Below, piece after piece: positions 29,199-40,378 of a stretch of DNA of 51,457 nt. Position 1 is the first letter of the stretch; every line of letters begins with the position of its first letter. This DNA comes from an uncultured Candidatus Rokubacteria bacterium. GTDB lineage: Bacteria; Methylomirabilota; Methylomirabilia; Rokubacteriales; DASRDR01. The notes under the pieces are model-generated. The model did not search any database, was not told the DNA's origin, and saw only the letters and a list, made by a program, of their open reading frames with translations. The stretch is from assembly GCA_963805625.1 (NCBI GenBank), contig CAWDVE010000007.1, positions 1-51,457 of the forward strand, given 5' to 3'. The position numbers were made by a program, and so were the translations under genes.

Positions 29199-29915
29199 TC
29201 ACAGCGCCACGTCGCCGAGAAAGATCCGCCTGACCTCGGGAGACTGGAGCAGGTCCGCCGCGGTGCCCTCGAGGAGGGTCCGGCCCGACTCGAGGATGTA
29301 GCCGCGGTTGGCCAGGTTCAGAGCGAGCTCCACATTCTGCTCGATGAAGACCACCGTGATGCCCTCCTCGTCGCGGATCCGCCGGATGACGCCACCGATC
29401 TCCTGCACCACCCGGGGCGCCAGGCCGAGGAACGGCTCGTCGATCATCAGGAGCCGCGGGCACGCCATCAGCCCGCGCGCGATCGCGACCATCTGCTGCT
29501 CGCCGCCCGACAGCGTGTGGGCGAGCTGCGCGCGCCGGTGGCGCACGACCGGGAAGACGGCCTCGATCCGCGCCAGCGTCTCGGCCCGGCGCGCCCGCGC
29601 GCGGGCGTTGTGAGCACCCAGCAGCAGGTTGTCGAGCACGGTGAGGAAGGGAAACAGCCGCCGACGCTCCAGCACGTGCGCGAGGCCCTCCGCGACCGTC
29701 CGGTGGGGCGGTAGACCGTCGATGCGCCGGTCGAGGAACGTGATCCTTCCCCGGCGGGGGCGCAACAGCCCCGAGATCGTGTTCATGAGGGTCGACTTGC
29801 CCGCACCGTTCGGCCCCAGGAGGCAGACGATCTCACCCTCCCCGACGTGGAGCGCGGCCTCCCACAGGACCTGGAAGTCCCCGTAGGCCACGTCGAGTCC
29901 CTCGACCCTCAGCAC
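29199..29915 (-). CDS. livF: Branched-chain amino acid ABC ATP-binding protein
   Basis: GPNGAGKST, LSGGEQQMVAIARGLM, EQNV. Confidence 0.9.
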   Translation of the reverse strand: MLRVEGLDVAYGDFQVLWEAALHVGEGEIVCLLGPNGAGKSTLMNTISGLLRPRRGRITFLDRRIDGLPPHRTVAEGLAHVLERRRLFPFLTVLDNLLLGAHNARARARRAETLARIEAVFPVVRHRRAQLAHTLSGGEQQMVAIARGLMACPRLLMIDEPFLGLAPRVVQEIGGVIRRIRDEEGITVVFIEQNVELALNLANRGYILESGRTLLEGTAADLLQSPEVRRIFLGDVAL

Positions 29916-29925
29916 GGCCGCGCCC

Positions 29926-30648
29926 TCACTCCGCGTACGCCTGCCCGAGGTAGGCCTCGACGACCCGACGATCGCGCGCGACGACGCCGGGCGGGCCGTC
30001 CGCGATCACCTCACCCAGGTAGAGCGCGACGATGCGCTGGGCCACCGCGGTGATCACGCGCATGTTGTGCTCGATGACGAGCACGGTCAGGCCGCCCTGG
30101 TGGAGCTCACGGACCAAGCGCACGAGCCCAGGGATGCTGCCCTGGTCGACGCCGCCGGTGACTTCGTCGAGGAGCAAGAGCCGCGGGCGCGTGGCCAGCG
30201 CGCGCGCCAGCTCGAGGCGCTTGCGCTGCCCCGTCGAGAGCGTCCGGGCGTGGGCGTCGCCCTTGTCGGCGAGCCCGACGCGGTCGAGGATCGCGCGGGC
30301 CTGCTCACGGGCGTGGCGGACGTCCCGCGTGCGCGTGAGCGCGCCGACGACCACGTTCTCGAGAACGGTCAGGCCCGGGAAGGGCCGGAGTTTCTGGAAG
30401 GTCCGCGCCACGCCGAGCCGGCAAACCCGGTCCGGCGAGAGACCGGTGAGCCGGGCACCGTCGAGACGCACCTCGCCGCTGTCTGGCCGATAGAAGCCGG
30501 TGATGATCTCGAAGAGGGTCGATTTGCCAGCGCCGTTCGGCCCGATGATGCCTACCAGCTCACCCGGCACCACCTCGAACGACACGTCCCGATTGGCGAC
30601 GACGCCCCCGAACTGCTTGCTGACGCCACGGACGGAGAGCAGGCTCAC
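29926..30648 (-). CDS. livG: Branched-chain amino acid ABC ATP-binding protein
   Basis: KQFGGVVA, GPNGAGKST, ARTFQ, IEHNM, VEAYLG. Confidence 0.9.
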   Translation of the reverse strand: MSLLSVRGVSKQFGGVVANRDVSFEVVPGELVGIIGPNGAGKSTLFEIITGFYRPDSGEVRLDGARLTGLSPDRVCRLGVARTFQKLRPFPGLTVLENVVVGALTRTRDVRHAREQARAILDRVGLADKGDAHARTLSTGQRKRLELARALATRPRLLLLDEVTGGVDQGSIPGLVRLVRELHQGGLTVLVIEHNMRVITAVAQRIVALYLGEVIADGPPGVVARDRRVVEAYLGQAYAE

Positions 30649-31619
30649 GGCCGGGCCTCCGCGACGGCACGGCGGCGCAGCCGCTCGCCGAGCCAGCCCA
30701 CCAGCCCCTGCGGAACGAAGCGGACGACGAGGATCAGCACGCAGCCATAGATGATGAGGTAGATCCCGACGAGGCCGGCGCCCACCCCGCCGAAACGGGC
30801 ACGCAGGTACGTCTCGAGCGTGGTGATGAGGACGGAGCCCAGGAAGGGGCCGAGGGCGGTGCCGATCCCGCCGATGATCGAGGCGAGGGCAAAGCGGACC
30901 GAGAGGTCCAGCGAGAAAACGTAGAACGGATCCACGAAGCCGACGTACTGCGCCCAGAGCGTCCCGCAGGCCGCGGTGAGCGCAGCGCTCGCCGCGATCG
31001 CCAGCACCTTGAGCCGGCGCGCGGGGACACCGAGAGAGAGCGCGGCGTCCTCGTCCTCGCGCACCGCCGCCAGCTGATACCCGCGGCGCGAGCGCTCGAG
31101 GTACTGCTCGACGAGGTAGATAAGCACGGCGAGGCCGAGGACCAGGTAGACCCAGACCGTCTTCTCGGCGATGCCGAGGGTCCAGAAGCCCGGCCGGAAC
31201 GGCACCGGAATGCCCTCCGAGCCCTGGGTGAAGCCCCGCCACCGGCTGGCCACGATGAGCAGCACCTGCGAGAGCGCGATGGTCGCGAGGACGAAATAGG
31301 GACCGCGGAGCCGGTTGCTCAGGTAGCCGATCACCAGCCCGGCGACGGTGGACAGGAGGGCGCCGACGAGGAGCGCGATCCAGGGGGACAGGCTCCAGCG
31401 GGTCCCGAGGAGCGCCGTCGAGTAGGCGCCGAGGCCGAAGAACGCCGCGTGGCCGAGCGAGACCTGGCCCGCGTAGCCGCCGGCGATGTTCCACGCGGCC
31501 GACGTCGCCCCCCACAGGAGGATGAGGATCAGGGCGTCGAGCAGGAACGCATCGCGTACGCCGAGCGGGACGAGGGCGGCGAGCCCGAAGAAGCCGGCCG
31601 CGGCCGCCCCGCGCCCCAT
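30645..31619 (-). CDS. livM: Branched-chain amino acid ABC permease
   Basis: WNIAGGYAGQVSLGHAAFFGLGAY, AVREDEDAA. Confidence 0.9.
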   Translation of the reverse strand: MGRGAAAAGFFGLAALVPLGVRDAFLLDALILILLWGATSAAWNIAGGYAGQVSLGHAAFFGLGAYSTALLGTRWSLSPWIALLVGALLSTVAGLVIGYLSNRLRGPYFVLATIALSQVLLIVASRWRGFTQGSEGIPVPFRPGFWTLGIAEKTVWVYLVLGLAVLIYLVEQYLERSRRGYQLAAVREDEDAALSLGVPARRLKVLAIAASAALTAACGTLWAQYVGFVDPFYVFSLDLSVRFALASIIGGIGTALGPFLGSVLITTLETYLRARFGGVGAGLVGIYLIIYGCVLILVVRFVPQGLVGWLGERLRRRAVAEARP

Positions 31620-32500
31620 CAGGTCCCGAGCTGCTCGGCGCCGCGCTGGCCGAAGAGGCCGGCCGGGCGCACCAGGAGGATGCCGATAAACAGGAGGAGG
31701 TACAGCACCTCCTTCCAGGCCGTGCCGATGACGTACGAGCCCACGACTTCGACGGCAGCGACCATCAGGCTGCCGAGCAACGCGCCCGTCATGTCGCCGA
31801 GCCCGCCGAGCACGACCACCACGTAGGCGATCAGCACGAACTGAAGCCCGGCCGTGGGGTACACGGGATAGAGCGGCGCCAGGAGCACGCCGGCGGCTCC
31901 CACGGAGATGATCCCGATCGTCCACGTGAGGCCGTAAACCCGGTCGGTGTCGATGCCCATCAGCGCCGCCGCTTGCCGGTCCTGGGCGGTGGCGCGCATT
32001 ACCTTGCCGGCGTACGACCACCGCATGAACGCGAAGAGCGCGGCCGTGAAGCCGATCGACACCGCGAAGGCGACGACCTGCGCGAGGTTGAAGGCGGCGC
32101 CGCCCACCCGTACCGCCACCGACGCGGCCTCGCTCCGGACGAACCGGAAGTCGCCGGTCCAGAGGACGAGCGCCAGGTTCTGCAGGGCGATCGAAAGCCC
32201 CACGGTCGTGAAGATCTGGACGTTGTGCGACTCGCGGACGACCGGCCGCATCACGAGCCGGTAGCTGGCGAGGCCCGCCACGAAGAAGAGCGGGAGCGAG
32301 GCGACCAGGACCACATAGGGGTCGAGGGCCAGCCACGCGAAGGCCCAGAACGCCAGGTACATCCCGAGCATCACGAATTCGCCGTGGGCGAAGTTGACCA
32401 CGCGCATCACGCCGAAGATGAGCGTGAGCCCGATCGCGATGAGGGCGTAGATCCCCCCCAGGAGGACCGTGGAGATCGCGAGCTGCGGGAGCGCCTCCAT
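31619..32500 (-). CDS. livH: Branched-chain amino acid ABC permease
   Basis: YALIAIGLTLIFGVMRVVNFAHGEF, RPAGLFG. Confidence 0.9.
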   Translation of the reverse strand: MEALPQLAISTVLLGGIYALIAIGLTLIFGVMRVVNFAHGEFVMLGMYLAFWAFAWLALDPYVVLVASLPLFFVAGLASYRLVMRPVVRESHNVQIFTTVGLSIALQNLALVLWTGDFRFVRSEAASVAVRVGGAAFNLAQVVAFAVSIGFTAALFAFMRWSYAGKVMRATAQDRQAAALMGIDTDRVYGLTWTIGIISVGAAGVLLAPLYPVYPTAGLQFVLIAYVVVVLGGLGDMTGALLGSLMVAAVEVVGSYVIGTAWKEVLYLLLFIGILLVRPAGLFGQRGAEQLGT

Positions 32501-32563
32501 GCTAGGGGACGCGGCGCCCCAGGACGCGCCCCGGGCGCCGGCCGAGCGGGTGGCGGACGATCC

Positions 32564-33841
32564 CTACTTCCGCTGATCCCACGCGCCGAGCGGAATCCAC
32601 TTGGCGCGCTTGTCGGTGAACTCCTCCGGCCATACGGTGACCTGCTGCCCGTCCTGCCACTGGAGCATGTAGTGCTGGACGCGCTCGTTCGAGTTCTGGC
32701 CGCTCTCCGCAAACTTCACGCCCCAGCCGTTGAGGGCCGACCCCAACGGCAGATCCATCGCCATGACCGCCGCGCGGAACTTGTCGAGGTCGTCTGCCTT
32801 TGCCTGGTCGAGCACGAGCTTGAGGATCCAGAGGCCACCCGCCGCGAGCTGGTGGCCGCCGGCCGGGCTCGCGAGCCCGGTCTTCTGCTGGACGTAGTCG
32901 CGGAAGGCGCGCTCGATCCGCTGGCCCTCGGGCCGGAGCTTGTCGACCAGGAAGCCCGCGCTCGGCTCCAGCAACGCGAAGGGCCCGTTGCCGTCGGCGG
33001 CGAGCGCCTTGCCGAAGTCCGGGGAGCCGTAACCGGTGGCGCCGGCATGCACCAGCGCCTGGAACTGGAAGTTCTGTTCGCGCGCGGCGCGCCAGAAGAG
33101 AACCGCATCCTGGCCGCGGGCGATGTGGTGAACGATATCGGGGTTGAGCCCCTTGAGCTTGAGGACGACTGGGGTGAAATCGTTGGTGGTCGCGAACGCG
33201 TAGTACTCCATCGCGACCTCGGTCATCCCGAACTCCTGCTTGGCTCGCTGGCGCGCGGCCTCGGTCACACCCTGACCATACGAGGAGTCCTCGGACAGGA
33301 AGGCGACGCGCAGCTCGCTCGGCTTCTTTCCGAAGCGGTGGGCAAGGTGCTTTGCGATGAACTCGATGTTGTACCAGCCGAACCCGGTGCCGTCGATCTC
33401 GGTGCGGAACACGTTTTTCAGGCCGCGCCGGGTGAACCGCGGGTCGACGCAGGAGGTCTCCCAGTAGATGACGTTGTGGCGGGCCGCCGCCTCGCTGGCC
33501 GCCCCGCAGAGCGTGGAAGAGTAGGTGCCGGTGAGGATCTTCACGCCCTCCCGGGTGACCAGGCGCGTCGCCTCGGACGCCGCCGCAGTGGGATCGACGG
33601 CGTCCCCGGCGACCAGCACGAGCTTCTTGCCCATCACGCCGCCGAAGCGCTCGTTGATGAGATCCCGCATCAGCTCGTAGCCCTCGAGATGCCGCTTGCC
33701 CTCGAAAGCAAGGGGGCCGGTCAGGGGCTCGAGCACGCCGATCTTGTATTCGCCGCTGAGCGACTGTCCCTCGACGGTCCCGATGCCGACTGCGAGGGCG
33801 ACGAGCACGAGAGCCGTCACCGCTGCCTTGACGTAACGCAT
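32564..33841 (-). CDS. Branched-chain-type ABC substrate-binding protein
   Basis: Signal peptide, KIGVLEPLTGPLA, QWQDG. Confidence 0.88.
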   Translation of the reverse strand: MRYVKAAVTALVLVALAVGIGTVEGQSLSGEYKIGVLEPLTGPLAFEGKRHLEGYELMRDLINERFGGVMGKKLVLVAGDAVDPTAAASEATRLVTREGVKILTGTYSSTLCGAASEAAARHNVIYWETSCVDPRFTRRGLKNVFRTEIDGTGFGWYNIEFIAKHLAHRFGKKPSELRVAFLSEDSSYGQGVTEAARQRAKQEFGMTEVAMEYYAFATTNDFTPVVLKLKGLNPDIVHHIARGQDAVLFWRAAREQNFQFQALVHAGATGYGSPDFGKALAADGNGPFALLEPSAGFLVDKLRPEGQRIERAFRDYVQQKTGLASPAGGHQLAAGGLWILKLVLDQAKADDLDKFRAAVMAMDLPLGSALNGWGVKFAESGQNSNERVQHYMLQWQDGQQVTVWPEEFTDKRAKWIPLGAWDQRK

Positions 33842-34014
33842 GCCGTGGTCTCCCTTCCGCGTCGACTGCCCCGAATGGGGGCAGCGCGTGCAAGGACGAT
33901 GGCCGTCCCGTCGTTTAGGGTGTGCGAGGTCGGATTCTAGGGTGGCGCCCACCCGGGGTCAAGCCGGCCGCCGCGCCCATCGCCGTCGTTCCCCCCTCTG
34001 GGGCAGAGAACGAT

Positions 34015-34078
34015 GCTCACCATTCGGGGCGAGGGGCGCTGAACCCCTCGCCCCTTCTGCCACATCACTAGGTTGACG
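34015..34078 (+). repeat. att7 remnant: tRNA 3' end, D1 hairpin and mini-core
   Basis: gctcacca-ttcggggcgagggg..cccctcgccccttctgccacatcactaggttg matches 259-319. Confidence 0.8.
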
Positions 34079-34113
34079 GAGGAGGCAGGCCGAGCGGCCT
34101 CTCAATACCCTCA

Positions 34114-35882
34114 CTACGAACCTCCGGTACCACGGAGCTCCGTCTTGAAGGGCACTCGCTCGAGCGCGATGCGCAGCCGCTCGGGCAGCTCGCCTTCGGA
34201 CGCTGCGGCGGCGAGCGCGACCACGACCGTCTGGCGTTGCGCATCGAGCTCGATGGCCGGGCGATCCCGGCCGCCGTCGGCGGCGCAGATCTCCTCGACC
34301 AGCGCGGCGACCACGGCACGCGCCGCAAGCAGGCGCAGGTCGGGCTTGTAGATCTTGCCGACGTTGGTCATCGGCATGGTGTCGATGATGGTCACGCTCT
34401 TGGGGCGGGCCGGCGTTTCGTCGACGCGCAACGCGGCGAAGGCCATCAGCTCGGCCTCGGTGGCCGACGCGCCCGGGCGCAAGGTGACGAAGGCGACGGG
34501 GAGCTCGCCGGCGTACGCGTCGGGCGCACCGACCGCCGCGCACAACTGCACCGCCGAGTGGGCTGCGAGCGCATCCTCGATCACTTCGGGTCGATGTTGT
34601 GGCCGCTGCGGATGATCAGGTCCTTCGCGCGGCCGCTCAGGTTCAGGCGGCCCTGCGCGTCGAGCCAGCCCAGGTCGCCCGTGACGAGCCAGCCGTCGGC
34701 GGTGAAGACCTGCTCGTTATCCTTGGGGTCGAGGAAACCCGAGAACACGTTGGGCGACTTGAAGCGCACCCTGCCCTGCTCGCCCGGCGGCAGCTCGCGG
34801 TCGGGCGCCGCGCCGTCTCGGCCGAGCGCCACGATGCGCAGCCTGGCGTACGGCAGCGGGAACCCGACGCAGCCCGCGGGGCCCACCACCCCCGGAGGCG
34901 TGATCGAGGAGATGCCGGCCATCTCGGTCATGCCCAGGCTTTCGTGCACATGCAGGCCAAACAGGCGCTCGAAGCGCAACGCCAGCTCCGGCGAGAGCGA
35001 CGCGGCTCCCGTGCGGCAATAGTGGATCGAGGAGATGTCGGCCCCCTCCAGCGGCACCTCGGCTAGGGCGGCGAGCACCGTGGGCACGGCCGACAGGCTG
35101 GTCGGACGGTACTTCTCGACCAGGCGCCAGTAGTTGCGCAGCACCTCGCGGTTGCGCAGCAGCGAGGGCGTGGGGATGATCGTTTCCATGCCCGCCGACA
35201 GGGCCGCCAGCGAGGCGGGTAGCACGCCCGCCACATGGAACAGCGGAAAGCCGTTGATCGCGACGTCGGCGCTGGTCAGTCCGTTCATCTTCACGCTGGC
35301 CCAGGCGGTGAACACCTGCGCGCCGTGGCTGTGCCGGGCGAGTCTGGGCGCGCCGGTGGTGCCGCCGGTGTGGAAGTAGGCGGCGATGTCCTGCGGCGCG
35401 ATCTCGCGACCGCTGGCCAGCCGGTCGTCGACGCGCCGCGCGCGCTGTGCCTGGAAGTCGAGCACGCCCTGCGGCAGCACGATGCCCGCGTCGGCCGGCT
35501 CGTCGTGCGGCGCCACGCGCAGCACCTCCCTCAACGAGGGCACCTCGGCGCGGATGCGCATCGCCTTCGACCAGATGCCCGACTCGGCGTCGCTGCCATA
35601 GGCGATCAGCACCTTGGCGCCAGCGGTTCGCATCAGCGACACGAGCTTCTCGTTGCTGAGCAAGGGGTTGAGCGGCAGCACGATCGCCGCGGCTTCGCCG
35701 CCCCAGAGGGCGAGGTGGTATTCGAGACAGCCCGGCAGCAGCACGGCCACCGCGTCCTGCGGCCCGACGCCGAGTTCGTGCAGCAGGTTGGCGGTCTGGT
35801 GGATGCCGCGCAGCAGTTGCGCGTAGGTCCTGCGGATCGGCGCGTCGCCGGGGTCGGCGCTGCGCAGGAAGGTCAGCGCAAT
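34114..35882 (-). pseudogene. Acyl-CoA synthetase, 5'-truncated at att8 and frameshifted near 34584
   Basis: FHTGGTTGAP, GMTE, TGDLG. IIRSGHNIDPK/VIEDAL is split across frames. Confidence 0.88.
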
Positions 35883-35918
35883 CAGTAGGTTGAAGGTTCG
35901 ATTCCTTCACGGCTCACC
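35880..35918 (+). repeat. tRNA-Lys 3' half (att8) with no upstream arm
   Basis: aatcagtaggttgaaggttcgattccttcacggctcacc followed by hairpin D2 (same as after att6). Confidence 0.9.
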
Positions 35919-36091
35919 TTTTCGATCGGGGGGCGGCGCCGCCCCCCAATTCGTTTGTCCGGGAGAGAGGCGGCAGTCTGGGACGTTCCCGTGACCTCAC
36001 GGGGCCGGTGAGCGCGAGCATTGGCCGGCAGGACAGGGTCTCTGCTTCGCGTCCGACGGCAATGATAGAATGAGGCGCTGGTCGAGGAGTC

Positions 36092-36292
36092 ATGAGCAAG
36101 GTTGAGAGGATCGAGCAGGAGGTCCAGGCGCTCTCTCTAGCAGAGCTGGCGGAGTTTCGCGCCTGGTTCCTGGAGTACGATTGGGCGGCATGGGACCGCC
36201 AACTCGAACGAGACGTTGAGGCCGGTAGGCTTGATGACCTTGCTGAGAAGGCCCTTCGCGACCACGCAGCGGGCAAGACCACGCCGCTCTGA
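36092..36292 (+). CDS. Putative antitoxin
   Basis: RBS GAGGAG, acidic 66 aa, WDRQLERDVEAGRLD. Overlaps the toxin-like gene. Confidence 0.75.
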   Translation: MSKVERIEQEVQALSLAELAEFRAWFLEYDWAAWDRQLERDVEAGRLDDLAEKALRDHAAGKTTPL

Positions 36293-36543
36293 CTCACCAC
36301 GCCTCTCCGGAATTCTGGGCGGCCTATCGGTCCTTGCCGCCACAAGTTCGGAACCTCGCCGATGAGGCGTACGCGCGGCTGAAGCAAGACCCGCGTCATC
36401 CATCGCTCCACTTCAAGAAGGTTGGTCGCTTCTGGTCTGCCCGGGTCGGGGCGCACCACCGCGCGCTTGCCGTAGAAACGGGCAACGAGCTCGTATGGTT
36501 CTGGATCGGAACCCACGCCGACTACGATAGGCTGCTTGGCTAA
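36289..36543 (+). CDS. RelE/ParE-like toxin
   Basis: FWAAYRSLP, DPRHPSLHFKKV, WSARVG, WFWIGTHADYD. Confidence 0.75.
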   Translation: MTHHASPEFWAAYRSLPPQVRNLADEAYARLKQDPRHPSLHFKKVGRFWSARVGAHHRALAVETGNELVWFWIGTHADYDRLLG

Positions 36544-36637
36544 CATGCGTTTGCTGCCGGCGGCGCGTCGGGCGCGCCGCCGCATAGCCGATCCGATCGC
36601 ATGGTCCCCTGTTCGGATGGTCGGGCCCGGTCTCGTG

Positions 36638-36710
36638 AGGCTCGAATCTTCGGTGACATGCCGGTGCCAAACTCCACCGAACTCTTCCGCACTCAGACCA
36701 CCATCGGTCA
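36638..36710 (+). repeat. Orphan arm C segment
   Basis: aggctcgaatc..cggtgacatgccggtgccaaactccaccgaactc, near-identical to 41401-41446. Confidence 0.8.
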
Positions 36711-37180
36711 GGGGTCGTGTCCCGGGTGTGGTGGAAAAATGAAAGGCGCATTCTTCCGGTGAATGGGTCAATCTCAAGCCAGCCGCCTGGCAGGGCGGCC
36801 ACCGGAGGAACGCGCCCTTCTGGCAGTGTGTGCGCGATCGGATTCGACAGAAGCAGCTGGCGATCGCGCCCACCCCCAAAGCACCTGCCATGCCCGGCGA
36901 ACGCTGGACCGGTGTGAGCACCGGCGAAGGCTCTGGCTGTCATCCGCTCACCTTGACGCTCACGATCAACGAGCGGGAGATCTCACGCTACGCGACGATG
37001 CAAACTGCCGCGGTCACGCTGTACTGGGAGGCGACGGGTCAGGTGCTTCCGGGGAATGCCGTCGACGGAGGCAGCCCTCACGCTGCGGCAACCGTCAAGC
37101 CTGAACTGCCGGGAGCCGAGATCCGCAGTATTGACCCGCTCACGTTGACGTGTGCGGCCGGCGCGGGCAGTGTCAAGGAC

Positions 37181-37437
37181 GGCGCCGGGCGGCCCCTCCC
37201 ACGCCCGGGACTTGGGCGGCCTCAGGCCTTGGGTGAGCGAAGAAAGGCGAGGATCGGATTGGGTCGGTGTCCGAGAATTGTCCGAGAACCTGCGCCGTTC
37301 CTACCCAACCAGCCCAAAGACGGCGGGGGAAGCTCGTGAAAACACTTGGTCTGCGTTGGGTTAGGTTGGCAGGAGTCACGCGCGCCGTCGGTCTCCTAAT
37401 CAGTAGGTTGAAGGTTCGATTCCTTCACGGCTCACCA
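37181..37437 (+). repeat. Arm A plus tRNA-Lys 3' half (att9, core 37393-37437)
   Basis: TGTCCGAGAA repeat at 37268 and 37279. ctcctaatcag...cca followed by the D1 hairpin. Confidence 0.9.
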
Positions 37438-37554
37438 TTCGGGGCGAGGGGCCCCGAACCCCTCGCCCCTTCTGCATTTCGGCCTCCTTGCCGGCGGGAG
37501 GTGATACCGAGAGGAGCGCCCTCTCGGAGACAACGTGACTGCGGCGTGCTCCTC

Positions 37555-37830
37555 TCAAGGGGTTTCTGGATAGGTTCGCAGTCTCATGCCGGACGCTTTG
37601 TCAAACACGTGGTACCGCTTGAAGGTGAGCCCCACCTGAGCACCGGTCCGGCGGTTCTCATCGCCGGAGGCCTGGGCGTGGACCTCGTGCTCCCCCAGAC
37701 GGATGGTGAAGAGCGTGGTGTTCATTGGGGGGAGGCTCAGGGTGCTGGCAATGGTCCCCCTGAGGGTGTCGTCTCCTTGCTCGCTAGAGATCTCGACGTG
37801 CTCGGGACGCACACCCACCCAGACATTCCC
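37555..37830 (-). pseudogene. ABC ATPase C-terminal (TOBE) fragment
   Basis: VWVGVRPEHV...HVFDKASGMRL. No ATPase core. Confidence 0.65.
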
Positions 37831-37924
37831 GAGCCGCTGCCCCTGCGGCATGCACCGTGCGTCGATGAGGCCCGCTCGACCTCGATACTGGACGGCCTGC
37901 GCGGGCGGCGTCAAGGACGCCAGC

Positions 37925-38007
37925 GGGCGGCTGGCGAGGGGCGGTGCGTGGACTCCGACGGGGACTCTCAATCAGCAGGTTGAAGGGTCGATTCCTTCAC
38001 GGCTCAC
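37925..38007 (+). repeat. Partial arm B' plus degenerate tRNA-Lys 3' half (att10)
   Basis: ggcggtgcgtggactccgacggggactctcaatcagcaggttgaagggtcgattccttcacggctcac. The arm matches 22591-22620. Confidence 0.85.
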
Positions 38008-38107
38008 GAGTTGCGGCGGGGCTCTCAGAGCCCCCCTTGTTTCAGCGTTCAAATCGAGGATATGGATTGAGAGGTGCCGATGTCGCGACGAGGGAGCACC
38101 CCGACCA

Positions 38108-38665
38108 TGACCAATGAGGCGCTGCGTACGATCTTGCCGATCGCCGGCTGGGGCGAGGATCGCACGCGCGCGGTCGAGATCATCGGTGGCACCGATCCGA
38201 TCCTGCCGACGCCGTTCCGCATCGGCGAGACCGCCGCGGCCGCGCTGTCGGTGGTCGGCCTCGCCGTGTCCGATCTGTGGGCCTTGCGCACCGGGCGCCG
38301 TCAGGCGGTCGCGGTCGACAGCCGCCAGGCGACGGCCTCGCTCCGCAGCGGGCGCTACATGAAGCTGAACGGGGCGCCGGTGTCGACCGAGCACAATACG
38401 GTGATGGGGTTCTATCCGGCCAAGGACGGGCGCTGGAGCTATCTCCACTGCAACTTCCCGAACCATCGTGCCGCCGCCCTCCGCGTGCTCGGCGTCCCGG
38501 AAGATCGCGAGGCGGTGCGCCACGCAGTGGCCAAGAGGGATGCGCTCGAGCTCGAGGAGGCGATCATCGCTGCGAAAGGCGCGGGCGGCATGGTGCGCAC
38601 CATGGCCGAATGGGTTCAGCACCCGCAGGCGCCGCGATCGCCTCGCTGCCGCTGATGGAGATTGA
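38108..38665 (+). pseudogene. CaiB/BaiF CoA-transferase N-terminal fragment
   Basis: DPILPTPFRIGETAAAAL, FYPAKDGRWSYLHCNFPNH, WVQHPQ then breaks off. Confidence 0.75.
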
Positions 38666-38898
38666 GGACATCCGCCGCTCTCCACGTCGTGTAGGTGGAT
38701 GTCCCAGCCTCCATGACTGGGCGGGGGGTCGCGCGACGCCGGCTGGCAACGTGAGCACCTGTCGCCGAACCGGCTCGCGATTCTGCCCCTTCTCATCCCC
38801 TATGAGATCTTCATGGGCCCGGCACTGGCCCGGACGGTGTTGCCGTTCTCGAATGGTGAGGGTGGCGCGCCCGCACCCGTGTGGACGGGAAGGGCCCC

Positions 38899-40082
38899 CT
38901 AGTGATGAGCGTGGATCCCGCGATACACTGCGTCGCGCAACGCTTTCTCGCGCGGATCATCCGTGAGGTGGAAGTCCAGCTTGTTCATCACGTAGGCGTA
39001 CCCCAGCCGGGTGTCAGGATCGGCAAACGCGAAGGACCCGCCGGCCCCGGGCCCACCGAACGCCCGTTGGCTCGACCCGAACCAGACCTCGGGACCGGGC
39101 CGCAGGAACCCGAGCGAGAAGCAGCTCGGCACGCCGAGCACCTCGTCCCGTGCGCCCGCCATCACCGGGGGGGCGGTGACCAGAGCCATCGTCTCTGGGG
39201 GAATGCCGAGCTCCATGCCGCCTTCGGCGAACACAGAATAGGCTCGTGCGATGGCGCTCGCCGTGCCCACGCCGTTGCCGGCGGGCACTTCGACCTCGAG
39301 GTACGCTCGGTCGTTCGGGTCGACGCCCACACCCACGAATGACCGGCGCAAGAGGGAGCCGGGACGAATCATCTTCAGGGTCACCGCAGGGGGCGTGTAG
39401 CGTAGCGCCAGGAGACCCCGCCAGGGCGAGAGGAGCTTGACCCGGGCGAGCGGTCGCTCGCGATCTCCCGCGGTAGCCCGATGAAGAACTCGAGGCCCAG
39501 CGGGAGGGCGATTTCCTCGGGGAAGAAGCGGCCCAGCGAGCGATGCGACGGGTCGACGCGGCGGATAAGCTCCTGCATGTACAACCCGAGCGTCATCGTG
39601 TGGTAGCCGTGGCGCGTGCCCGGCGGCCACGCCGGCGTCTGGCGCGCGAGCAGGCGGGCCAGGTAGTCGAGGTCGCGCAGTTTCTCGAGCGTCAGCTGCT
39701 CGTCGAGCAGAACCAACCCGGCCTCGTGGCCGAGCAGCTGCCGCACGGTGACGGCGGCCTTGCCGTTTTGCGCGAACTCGGGCCAGTAGCGAGCGACCGG
39801 TGCTTCGTAGTCCAGCCAGCCGCGACCGTTCGCCACCGCTAGCGTCATCGCGGAGAGCCCCTTGGTCGTGGACATGACGACCACCATAGTGTCCTCAGTC
39901 CACGGCTCGTCGCCCCCGGGCGTGCGGCGGCCGCCCCAGAGATCGACAACCTTCTCGCCGCGCCAGTACGCCGCGACCGCGGCGCCGATCTCGCCCCGCC
40001 GGGTGAAGTTGCGCTCGAACTCGACGCGCACCTCTTCGAGGCCCGGAGAGACGTACCCGTCGACGTGAAGTGCCGTGTTCAT
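38899..40082 (-). pseudogene. Serine hydrolase/beta-lactamase-family esterase, frameshift near 39455
   Basis: VVDLWGG, STTK, YWPEFAQNGK, GYH; then GAGGSFAFADP in another frame. Confidence 0.85.
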
Positions 40083-40378
40083 GGGAATGGCCCCTGCGGT
40101 GCGGTGCGGGGAGGGGGAACCAAAGGCGACGAACGGAGCAGCTGGACAGCGAACACGACGACCCAGAGCATGTACCCCCGCGTTGATGCGCCCCCACACG
40201 CCGATGCACGGGGTGGGAGGATTCGCCGCGACGCGGGGTCCAGCGATACCGGTGAGCGTGCCGAATCCGAGAACGTAGGCGATCCAAGCCGCGTGTCCCG
40301 GTCCAGGTCCTCGGATCCCGTCATCTCGGCTTCCCTCCTTCGGCCGGCGAGAACCGAGAACGTGGCGAACCGAATCTC

